Virus record (IMG/VR): IMGVR_UViG_3300023202_000034
Span: 1 to 64,000 of that record
Source of the DNA: a virus
DNA length: 64,000 bases
Strand: one strand, 5' to 3'
The position numbers and the translations under genes are program-made. The notes below the pieces were generated by a model. It was not told where the DNA came from. It saw only the letters and a program-made list of their open reading frames with translations, and ran no database searches. Shown here one piece after another: positions 56,488 to 64,000 of the stretch (the stretch's first letter is position 1; each line of letters starts with the position of its first letter).

Positions 56488-57309
56488 CTTTATCTTCGAT
56501 GGGGAGCGTTAATCCCCACCCGTTCTCTTATGAACTGCTGCATGTTTCCATGCAGAAGAGACTATATCATCACCCTATTTCTAGGGGCTGGGCGCTTCCA
56601 CCAGACTTCTGGTGTACTTCCTCACGGAATAGTCGTTGAACCTTCTCTGCAAGTTCTACAGAGCTTGGCTGCTGATTGCCCTCGTCTTTCTCGTTAGGGG
56701 TTTCCAGCAATTCACCCAGTTCTTCCTCTATGAATTGCTTCATAGGGCGGCTTAAGCTGTATTCGCCTTTAGCTTGATCAAACTCAATAAGACCCATTTT
56801 GACCAACGACATAGACAGTGTTTCAAGCTGTGCATGTACGTTTCGGTGGTGGGCCATATTGTCACAGAGGTACAGATTTGTTGGTCTGAAGTCCTCTTTG
56901 TCACCGTTTACATGATGTACCTTTTCCTGTTTGGTAACTAATCGACCAATAAGATCGCTCATTACCAGACGATGGACAGGCATGTATCCATGGTTTGTGT
57001 TGGTTTTACCTACCCACACCATCGGGTAACCGTCTGAGTGCGTATAGATATTGCCAATGTTCTTGGGCTGTTGTTTGTACCCTTTATTCCAGGGTGTCTT
57101 TCCCAAGTTGGTCAGTTTGTTGCTACAACGGTAACAACGGTGAACGTCTTTTTTATAAGCGTTCCAGTAACTGACACGTTTTTCATCACCACAGTCATCA
57201 CATATACGGGTAACTTGATCGCCGGCTCTATCTTTCAACATACTACTTTTCCTTTGTTTGTTGCTTGATAAATGAGCCTAGCATAGCTATCGACAAATAA
57301 CAGAAGTTT
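56488..57309 (-). mobile_element. Group I intron (822 nt) with HNH ORF in thyX
   Basis: P1 CGGU|AAA...UUUGUCG with U.G; P7 CGACUA/AUAGUC; ends GAUAAAG; joining gives ARQRFKHM. Confidence 0.9.
56570..57241 (-). CDS. Intron-encoded zinc-finger HNH endonuclease
   Basis: CDDC/CYRC; VHRLVM...VHHVNGDKEDFRPTNL; C-terminus reads through the ribozyme core. Confidence 0.85.
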   Translation of the reverse strand: MLKDRAGDQVTRICDDCGDEKRVSYWNAYKKDVHRCYRCSNKLTNLGKTPWNKGYKQQPKNIGNIYTHSDGYPMVWVGKTNTNHGYMPVHRLVMSDLIGRLVTKQEKVHHVNGDKEDFRPTNLYLCDNMAHHRNVHAQLETLSMSLVKMGLIEFDQAKGEYSLSRPMKQFIEEELGELLETPNEKDEGNQQPSSVELAEKVQRLFREEVHQKSGGSAQPLEIG

Positions 57310-57628
57310 ACCGTTGCCTGGCTACAAAGATCGGGACGGTTTCCCGCATGGAGATCATGGCGTGAGAGAACGGTGTCCAATGAGTGGGCATGTTCTTGGC
57401 CCACTTGAGCGTGGCTTCAATTTCTTCACAGGCATACGGATTTTCTGTCTGGTCTTTAAGGCGATCAATTGCATTGTCCCAATCGGACTTCATACATCCA
57501 CGGGCCAGGAATTGAATTAAGCCATAATCCTTTTCAGTCAATTCTTTGGATACAGCGTTGAAGGAGACCCTTGCGGCGTTCGTGACTGTTAAATCCGACC
57601 CCATATGGTCTAAGTACTCAGCTAACAT
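57310..57628 (-). CDS. thyX: Flavin-dependent thymidylate synthase, exon 1
   Basis: DHMGSDLTVTNAARVSF, HWTPFSH, PIFVARQ; GAGGA RBS inside the HNH 3' end. Confidence 0.9.
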
Positions 57629-58154
57629 AATACAATCCTCTTACTACTTTGTTGATAACAGTACGGGATACTCCATACTGTTCAGTGAGTTGTTTGGTAA
57701 ATCCTCTAGGTGCTCTCTTACCGTTTAGTGAGGCGTAGGCGGCTTTAATTTCCTGGACTTGCGCAAGAGATAATTTGGCGTTACGGGGTGTTATCCCTTG
57801 AGCAGCTCGGGCCTTTTGGGCTGCTTGCTTACGGGAAAGTGGACACTTATCCATCTGGTTTTGTGAACTACTTCCAAGAAGGATATTGTCCTTGCTGAAA
57901 TCGAGAGTGTCCCCATTCCTGTGACGCACTTGTATATTTTCTACAAATGCAGCTTCACCATAAAACTGGTATGCAGCAAACTGGTGTATAGGAATGCCAT
58001 AAACCATCCCTCCCCAGTTAGTAGAGAACGTGGGGTACCGTTGTTTACCATGGCAACCAATTTTCAAAGGACCTTTTGGACCGATGAGTTGGTTCCCCTC
58101 TACACGATATCCTCGGGCTACAGCTTCTACGATGCGTTGTTGTGTTTTCGTCAT
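57618..58154 (-). CDS. Free-standing HNH homing endonuclease
   Basis: IHQFAAY...VRHRNGDTLDFSKDNI...QNQMD; C-terminal HTH. Confidence 0.85.
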   Translation of the reverse strand: MTKTQQRIVEAVARGYRVEGNQLIGPKGPLKIGCHGKQRYPTFSTNWGGMVYGIPIHQFAAYQFYGEAAFVENIQVRHRNGDTLDFSKDNILLGSSSQNQMDKCPLSRKQAAQKARAAQGITPRNAKLSLAQVQEIKAAYASLNGKRAPRGFTKQLTEQYGVSRTVINKVVRGLYYVS

Positions 58155-58205
58155 AATAAATCTCCAGAGTGTCGAAGCTATAATGCAGAGTTTACAACAA
58201 CAAAG

Positions 58206-58274
58206 CTAAATTATTATGGCTGCGTTCACGGTTGTAAGGTCTGATCCCATATGATCGAGGTATTCAGCAAGCAT
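58206..58274 (-). pseudogene. thyX: Orphaned 5' stub of thyX (22 codons)
   Basis: MLAEYLDHMGSDLTTVNAAIII*; 17/19 aa identical to the thyX start at 57628. Confidence 0.88.
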
Positions 58275-58380
58275 TGTGTATTACCTGTTTGGTTTGATTA
58301 GAGACTCCTGCATAAAAAACAGCAAGCCATTAAAGTAGGGGGTAACATAACCAGTATTGATTTTGGGTCGGAGACTATAT

Positions 58381-58740
58381 ATGACTACCCCTTTATTTGA
58401 AATATACCGTGGTGATGATTATGCCTTTCGGGTCATTATCAAGGATGAAACTGGTACGCCTGTTGATATAACAGGTTGGGAATTCATGGCAACCATGAAA
58501 ATTGATTTCACCAAAGGTGATGAAGAAGCTCCGGTGAAAGTAAATATTGGTCCTATGTCAGGTACAGGTGCTGAACAAGGTGTTTGTTTCCTAGTACTTC
58601 CGCATGAACAGACACAAAATCTTTTGGCACCATCGGTGTACTTCTTCGATCTGCAGCGTGTCTTCAATGGAATCGTGACCACCGTAATTAAAGGACGTGT
58701 ACGTGTTCATGAAGACATCAGTCGGAGGACGGAAGCATGA
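58381..58740 (+). CDS. Tail fibre attachment/adaptor protein
   Basis: IYRGDD...PVDITGW...YFFDLQ...TVIKGRV pattern typical of fibre N-terminal adaptors. Confidence 0.65.
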   Translation: MTTPLFEIYRGDDYAFRVIIKDETGTPVDITGWEFMATMKIDFTKGDEEAPVKVNIGPMSGTGAEQGVCFLVLPHEQTQNLLAPSVYFFDLQRVFNGIVTTVIKGRVRVHEDISRRTEA

Positions 58741-59801
58741 GTACAGTTCAGGATATTGAAGTTCAATTCGCTGTCCCGGCTATGGATGTACAGACTGGTA
58801 CCTACGGCAAGATCGTTCTGACCGCTGTACTGCAGACAGTCCCTGCAGAAACTGTGATCTATAACGAGGAGCTGCGTCAGTACATTGAGAACATTAAGCT
58901 GGAGATTTCTGAATCTGTTGAGAAGATCACTCAGGATCTGTCGGTCGATGTAACTGGTCGATTAGGTTACCGTTTTACTGTGAACTCTCAGGCTGGCAGC
59001 TCCTATACCTTGACGCTGGAGGATGAAGGTACCTTGGTTCGGATGACTTCCAGTCAGGAAAACCAGGTGATTATTCCTGATGAAGCAACCGTTCCTTTTG
59101 AAGTGGGAACCATTGTAAATCTTCGTCGATCTGGGATAGGTGAGACTGTCGTTGTTCCTGCACCCGGCGTGGTAGTAAATACTCCTGATAGTACGATGAA
59201 GATCGACGACAAGAATCTGGGGGTAGGGCTGGTCAAAGTCGGTCCGGATGAGTGGGATCTGGTGAAGTCTTTCACCGGTGTACCCATGAGTGAGGTTACG
59301 CAACTTATCGATGATATCGAGGGTGCAATCACTGCACAGGATGAAGCGCAGACTGCCCTGGATGACAGGGTTTCGGATATCAATGATACCCTGGCATCTA
59401 CGATTGACACTGTGAATCAAACGCTGACTGAGTCTGTCAACAGTGCCATTGCCAAAGTGGAGAAAGCCATAGAGGACTTGGGTAACGTAGCAACACTTTC
59501 ACAGTTTGGGAGTCTGAAAGACGATACCGGCTACCAAAGACTGCCTGGTGGGTTGATTTTGCAATGGGGTAAGACCGCGTTACTCAATAAAGATGAAATG
59601 GTGACTGTCTTACTGCCAGTATCTTTTCCGAATAAAGCATTGAATGCACAAGCTACAACAAACAGTACGACTACCGATGACAATGATGCAATTGCTCGTG
59701 TGATCTCTTTTACTTCCACAAACATACGTGTACGTAACGAAGGGGCGAATAGAAAATCTTCGTCCTCAGCAGTAATTCACTGGTTTGCGGTAGGGTATTG
59801 A
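58737..59801 (+). CDS. Tail fibre protein
   Basis: Coiled-coil middle; C-terminal GYQRLPGGLILQWG...PVSFPN...WFAVGY domain. Confidence 0.82.
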   Translation: MSTVQDIEVQFAVPAMDVQTGTYGKIVLTAVLQTVPAETVIYNEELRQYIENIKLEISESVEKITQDLSVDVTGRLGYRFTVNSQAGSSYTLTLEDEGTLVRMTSSQENQVIIPDEATVPFEVGTIVNLRRSGIGETVVVPAPGVVVNTPDSTMKIDDKNLGVGLVKVGPDEWDLVKSFTGVPMSEVTQLIDDIEGAITAQDEAQTALDDRVSDINDTLASTIDTVNQTLTESVNSAIAKVEKAIEDLGNVATLSQFGSLKDDTGYQRLPGGLILQWGKTALLNKDEMVTVLLPVSFPNKALNAQATTNSTTTDDNDAIARVISFTSTNIRVRNEGANRKSSSSAVIHWFAVGY

Positions 59802-59802
59802 T

Positions 59803-61494
59803 ATGGACCAAGTAACGAATCTTCAGTATTCCGTTACCGGCCCCAACGGTGTCCTGATTACCTGGGATGTGGTTACAGGTGCAACCGAATACCTGGTAGA
59901 AATCCGCCAAAATAACGAGGAGCTGTTTTCTCAGACCGTGACGGTACCGGAGGTACCCTATGACCTAATCACCTTTGGTGAGTTGTACGAGGTCTTAGTG
60001 AAGGCGACAGACGGTACCGAAACCAGTGACCAGAAACGGTTGGTGGTGTATCTGGCTACTTCTTCCTGGCTTCCTCGTGTCACGGATCTGGCTTACACAG
60101 AACTGGGTACCCGAGATGGGTTTATTGTTACCTGGGGACCTTCTCAAGCAGCCACCAGTTATCGGCTGATTGCTGAGACCTATGGTGACAGCCCTGTGGT
60201 GGTCTATGACGGGGTAGCTACCAGTCCTTTCACCTTAAATGGTTTGGCAGAAGAAACCTTGTACAGGGTGACGGTGATTCCGGTTAACGGGGCAGTGGAA
60301 GGTATTGCTGCAACGGTTGTTGGCTGGATTGCTCCTGTGGTGGATTCTTCGAGGAACAAGAAGACCAGTCATTTGTTGTTCCCGGCAGAGGTGCAAGCAG
60401 ACTACCGATTACTGTACCGACAGAATATCGAGAATATGCGTCCGCTTCGTGAAGACGAGAGATACTGGCGATTTGTTGATCATTTTGATTTTATTGATGG
60501 ACCTCCTGAAATTGGGGAGGTATACACCAAAGAGAACATTACTTGGAGGGTGGCTCTGAAAGGCGGGCCTTCAGGTGATAACTCGACTATTTACGTTACT
60601 AAGTTAGGTGAACGTGATAGTGAAAACGTGTCTCAAGACATTTACACACACACCGCTGCAATAGATGCTGTCTCATTAGAATTTGACCAAAATGGGCGGT
60701 TGCTGATTTTATTTGAATCTCTCGGGGAGATTTTTCTTTATTGGTATGATCCATTAGAAGAGCAGACTGTTCTTAAATCTTTTGGATTTGGACGCACTCC
60801 TGTTGCTTGTACAGATAATTACTGGAGATTGGGAGGGTCAGCAGCTTCTGAACGGTTCATGTTCTTCGTGGAAGACCCCAGTCGCAAAATCGTAGCCTAC
60901 CGTCAGTTGGATCGGTATGACGTGAAATACGTTATAAACCCTGAAGATTCTCGTGAGGTCCTGGAGTTGCTACAAGTCAGCAAAACCTTGGATGGCGGGT
61001 TAGCCGTTGTAGCAGCAGTACAAGAAGTTGATGGTTCCGTTGTGCAAGTTGTCTGGGTATCTCGTGAAAATGGTGCAAACTCTAAGCATGTTAACTCGGA
61101 TCGAGATATTTGGAGTGCTGCTACGATGCAGCTATCTTCAGGGGCTGTCTCACAATTCTCAGTATATGATGCGCGTAATGCGATACACCCTGTTAGAAGT
61201 ACTGCAGGTTTGTCGTTCAATTCAGGTGTGTTTAATTTAATAGACTCTGTTGTAAATATTGGTAAGCCTGGAGGCAGCTACCAAGGTACCCATGAGAGTG
61301 CTGAAATGTTCTTCAATCAACCTGTCTTTACTTTGTATAATGTAAGTAAGAAAGCAAGCTTACTAAGTGCAGAGGAGCTGCAACTCAGTGCTGGACAAAT
61401 TACTCTTTATACTGAATTTGTAGACATAAGCCTCAATGACTCGGCAGCCATGACATTTGAGTCAGGATCGCTTAACAACTTTTCAATTTCCTAA
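59803..61494 (+). CDS. Tail protein with two fibronectin type III-like domains
   Basis: VTNL...ITWDVVTGATEYLV and VTDL...VTWGPSQAATSYRL...LNGLAEETLYRVTV. Confidence 0.75.
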   Translation: MDQVTNLQYSVTGPNGVLITWDVVTGATEYLVEIRQNNEELFSQTVTVPEVPYDLITFGELYEVLVKATDGTETSDQKRLVVYLATSSWLPRVTDLAYTELGTRDGFIVTWGPSQAATSYRLIAETYGDSPVVVYDGVATSPFTLNGLAEETLYRVTVIPVNGAVEGIAATVVGWIAPVVDSSRNKKTSHLLFPAEVQADYRLLYRQNIENMRPLREDERYWRFVDHFDFIDGPPEIGEVYTKENITWRVALKGGPSGDNSTIYVTKLGERDSENVSQDIYTHTAAIDAVSLEFDQNGRLLILFESLGEIFLYWYDPLEEQTVLKSFGFGRTPVACTDNYWRLGGSAASERFMFFVEDPSRKIVAYRQLDRYDVKYVINPEDSREVLELLQVSKTLDGGLAVVAAVQEVDGSVVQVVWVSRENGANSKHVNSDRDIWSAATMQLSSGAVSQFSVYDARNAIHPVRSTAGLSFNSGVFNLIDSVVNIGKPGGSYQGTHESAEMFFNQPVFTLYNVSKKASLLSAEELQLSAGQITLYTEFVDISLNDSAAMTFESGSLNNFSIS

Positions 61495-61506
61495 AGGAAT
61501 ACGCAT

Positions 61507-62532
61507 ATGATGATAAATAACCCATTTAAGATGAATGGCCTTTACGGAATTACCGTAAAGGACAGAGAAGGCCAATTGGTTGCTGGAAAACAGCTAGGCA
61601 TAACAAGTAATACGGTGACTTATAACGGGATTCTAGAATTCTTTTTTGGGCAGCGTATGGCGGGTGGCCTTGTGTGTAAAGTTGGTACAGGGAGTACAGA
61701 AACATCTGTTTTAAGTACTAACTTATCAAACGCCATAAACAGTTATTCTCCTACTACGTCTCCCACGACTACTGAACGTACTACTTGTGAAGTAGACAAT
61801 GGGGATGGCACCTCTACATTTACGTATGAATACGCTTTTGCTTTTAACCTTGGCCAAATTGTAGGTACGATCACTGAAGTTGGAGTAGTCGTCAGTGACA
61901 GAGCCTACTACCCGCTTCTTTGCGGTCAGCTTATTAAGGATGAGTTTGGTAATCCTACTTCAATAACGTTGCTTGAAGAAGAACAGTTAATTGTTACCTA
62001 TGTTATGGAGTTCACAGTACCTAATGCCCCAACAATTGTGGGCACCGGTACAGTTACTGATGCAAATGAAGCAGTGATTGGTTATACAGTCTGGGCACAA
62101 CCTTATTTTATATATCCTAAAGGTACTTCGAATGGTTCCAATTATTTACTCAGAATACGCGATGGGTATAGGTCTGCTAGTTTTAGATATAACAGTTTTA
62201 TCGGATCTGATGGTCAATGCTTTTACGTAAAACTCTTTCAAACTGTTAACGCTTCAAGGGAACTCGTATTAGATCCTACACGCGTTGTAATATCCCACGA
62301 TAAGTTGACGGTTGCTCCAGGTGATTTTGCTTCTAACGACATTAAGTATATTGGTTTGTTTGGAGGTTCCAGATCTAACTCAGTTTCAGATTATCATGTT
62401 GATCTGGTAACTAGAGAGGTTGTACAACGCAACAATTCACACACTGCTTTTCTAGTTGAATTTGATACTCCTATATCTAAATCCAGTGCAGAAGCACTTA
62501 CTTACGATTTCTCTGTAGAGATGCCTCTGTAA
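61507..62532 (+). CDS. Tail-associated protein
   Basis: CKVGTGS, GTITEVGV, LIKDEFGNPTSITLL..EQLIVTY. Confidence 0.7.
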   Translation: MMINNPFKMNGLYGITVKDREGQLVAGKQLGITSNTVTYNGILEFFFGQRMAGGLVCKVGTGSTETSVLSTNLSNAINSYSPTTSPTTTERTTCEVDNGDGTSTFTYEYAFAFNLGQIVGTITEVGVVVSDRAYYPLLCGQLIKDEFGNPTSITLLEEEQLIVTYVMEFTVPNAPTIVGTGTVTDANEAVIGYTVWAQPYFIYPKGTSNGSNYLLRIRDGYRSASFRYNSFIGSDGQCFYVKLFQTVNASRELVLDPTRVVISHDKLTVAPGDFASNDIKYIGLFGGSRSNSVSDYHVDLVTREVVQRNNSHTAFLVEFDTPISKSSAEALTYDFSVEMPL

Positions 62533-62540
62533 AGTGGGCA

Positions 62541-62852
62541 ATGCTTATGATTGATTTATCCATGTTTCAAGAAGTGGAATACCCCTTACCAGATATACCG
62601 GTAAGGGGTAAGCCTATTGTGGGGCAGGAAGTGTTAGGTATACTGAATAACAAGTACCAGTTTGCAGTCCCTCTAAATTTAGCACCTGCAAATGCCTGGG
62701 CAGTTTCCCCAAACAACGCACAAGCGGCTATATATACAACGCGTTTTAATGGGTTGATCTTCAATGCCAAGTGGCAGAGTACTGCTTCTACATGTTTAAC
62801 ATACTGGCAATGGGGGCCTGGGCAATGGGCTCATGAGGTACCTGAAGAGTGA
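62541..62852 (+). CDS. Hypothetical tail-module protein
   Basis: 103 aa, GTGA-coupled to the next gene. Confidence 0.6.
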   Translation: MLMIDLSMFQEVEYPLPDIPVRGKPIVGQEVLGILNNKYQFAVPLNLAPANAWAVSPNNAQAAIYTTRFNGLIFNAKWQSTASTCLTYWQWGPGQWAHEVPEE

Positions 62853-63076
62853 CTGTACAAATTACCAATAATGCAACGACAGAGATAGGTAATCCTATAG
62901 ACCGGGTTGCTATCTTTGATTGGATAACTTGTGAGTTAATTGCCTTGGTTTTCCCAGACAGTAATGGGGATTGGTTTGTAAATATTTCTGCAGGTACTTA
63001 TGGAATTACATATATTGCAGATTCACATGCTCCACAAACACATGGACCGTACATAATAGAGGAACCAGCACCATGA
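62849..63076 (+). CDS. Small beta-rich tail-module protein
   Basis: RVAIFDW...PDSNGDW...GTYGITY...HGPY. Confidence 0.65.
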   Translation: MTVQITNNATTEIGNPIDRVAIFDWITCELIALVFPDSNGDWFVNISAGTYGITYIADSHAPQTHGPYIIEEPAP

Positions 63077-63264
63077 TCGAATCCGTTGTAAATAACGCAG
63101 GAGAGCTTCTGCAAACCGCCTCTTATATCGTGGCAGCAGCTGCTTTGATTGCAGCCATGACCAAGAACGAATCCGATAACCGGTGGGTGGCACGTACCCG
63201 TAAAGTTCTGGATATCCTGGCTTTGAACATTGGTAATGCCAAGAACGAGAAGTCCAACAAATGA
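63073..63264 (+). CDS. Holin-like protein
   Basis: 63 aa from ATG 63073; IVAAAALIAAMT...DN...KVLDILALNIGNAK; basic C-terminus. Confidence 0.65.
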   Translation: MIESVVNNAGELLQTASYIVAAAALIAAMTKNESDNRWVARTRKVLDILALNIGNAKNEKSNK

Positions 63265-63470
63265 AACAGACGCTCCTTGCACTCCTGTATCTGATCGCTT
63301 CCTGGTTTGAGCGGGCACGCAAGGAGAACCAATACACCGAGGATCAAGAGGAACGTAATGTATCTGAGAACGATCCTAACGCTTGGTTTGATGCTGAGTT
63401 TAATGCTGACGGTCGGGTGCACAAGCCTGGGCCAGATGCCACCGGAACCCAGCAAACCAACGTTGATTAG
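63261..63470 (+). CDS. Putative i-spanin (Rz-like)
   Basis: N-terminal TM segment; overlapped by a lipoprotein gene in another frame. Confidence 0.6.
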   Translation: MKQTLLALLYLIASWFERARKENQYTEDQEERNVSENDPNAWFDAEFNADGRVHKPGPDATGTQQTNVD

Positions 63471-63561
63471 AACGGAGGTCCCCGGGCTTCTGTGTTATGA
63501 CCAAGAGAACGCCAGCCGACTGGCTGCGTATATCCAAGCCCTCCAGCGAGGGTACCGGTAA
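63358..63561 (+). CDS. Putative o-spanin (Rz1-like lipoprotein)
   Basis: MYLRTILTLGLMLSLMLTVG-C lipobox, Pro-rich segment, GAGGA RBS. Confidence 0.7.
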   Translation: MYLRTILTLGLMLSLMLTVGCTSLGQMPPEPSKPTLIRTEVPGLLCYDQENASRLAAYIQALQRGYR

Positions 63562-63571
63562 GACCGGACAT

Positions 63572-63597
63572 AGGGCCCCTACGATTGGGGCCCTTTC
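63572..63597. terminator. Terminator between convergent genes
   Basis: AGGGCCCC-TACGATT-GGGGCCCT-TT. Confidence 0.65.
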
Positions 63598-63602
63598 TCG
63601 TT

Positions 63603-63902
63603 TCAGTGCAGTGCGTGCTGGTGGCCCAGTACAGACGAGACAACTTGATCAACGCGTTCTTGTACAGCTTCCGGTGCACAGTACTCTTCCCATTCACGAT
63701 CAGTAAACGGTTCGGCATCTTCGTCGGTCTTCATGTGAGTGATGGAGGTCTGACCAAAGTCTGTGTCACCGGCAATGAGGTGGTCGATCTGGAAGGTGGT
63801 GGTCATCATGGGACGTTCGTACTCGCCGTTCCATCCGCGCATTAAAAGAACTGTGGTACCATGGTGCTCAAGGGTACGGCACCACTCATGAGGATGTGAC
63901 AT
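63603..63902 (-). CDS. Hypothetical protein
   Basis: 99 aa; AGGAG RBS. Confidence 0.65.
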   Translation of the reverse strand: MSHPHEWCRTLEHHGTTVLLMRGWNGEYERPMMTTTFQIDHLIAGDTDFGQTSITHMKTDEDAEPFTDREWEEYCAPEAVQERVDQVVSSVLGHQHALH

Positions 63903-64000
63903 AGGGGAATCTCCTGGTCAAATTTTCAGCAAAGAAAAGCGTGTATACCCACATGTATACCTGAGATGTTTTCGCATTCAAGTACATGAATTTTAACCGC

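Noticed and set aside
57629-58217. Possible fourth group I intron joining the thyX stub to the body
   Set aside because: No P4/P7 core elements found, and the downstream copy has its own complete N-terminus and RBS.
58737-63076. Diversity-generating retroelement or invertible tail-fibre system
   Set aside because: No reverse transcriptase, invertase or template/variable repeat pair seen in the window.
1-64000. tRNA or rRNA genes
   Set aside because: None recognised by eye in the intergenic regions; a tRNA scan was not run.

Overview
This window is most of a circularly permuted N4-like (Schitoviridae) phage genome. The early/late junction, probably the genome ends, lies near 15.8-16.0 kb. 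Early and middle genes run on the minus strand: two-subunit RNA polymerase II, ClpX-like and MoxR-like ATPases, a vWA protein, helicase, DNA polymerase, thyX, class II RNR, nuclease, primase, SSB and resolvase. Late genes run on the plus strand: terminase, portal, capsid, ejection proteins, a 3633-aa virion RNA polymerase, and a separate tail/lysis block at 58.4-63.6 kb. Selfish elements are dense. There are three group I introns (in the AAA ATPase, RNAP II subunit 2 and thyX; predicted splice sites restore each reading frame), two LAGLIDADG inteins (terminase, RNR) and two free-standing HNH genes. Each HNH gene sits between an old copy and a synonymously recoded new copy of its target gene's N-terminus (thyX and the RuvC-like resolvase). 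Other highlights are five copies of a non-canonical hairpin promoter with pyrimidine loops, a natural Tyr-to-Phe change in vRNAP motif B, and three divergent paralogs sharing an exact C-terminal motif between the AAA ATPase and vWA genes. All assignments come from reading motifs and synteny; no database searches were run.
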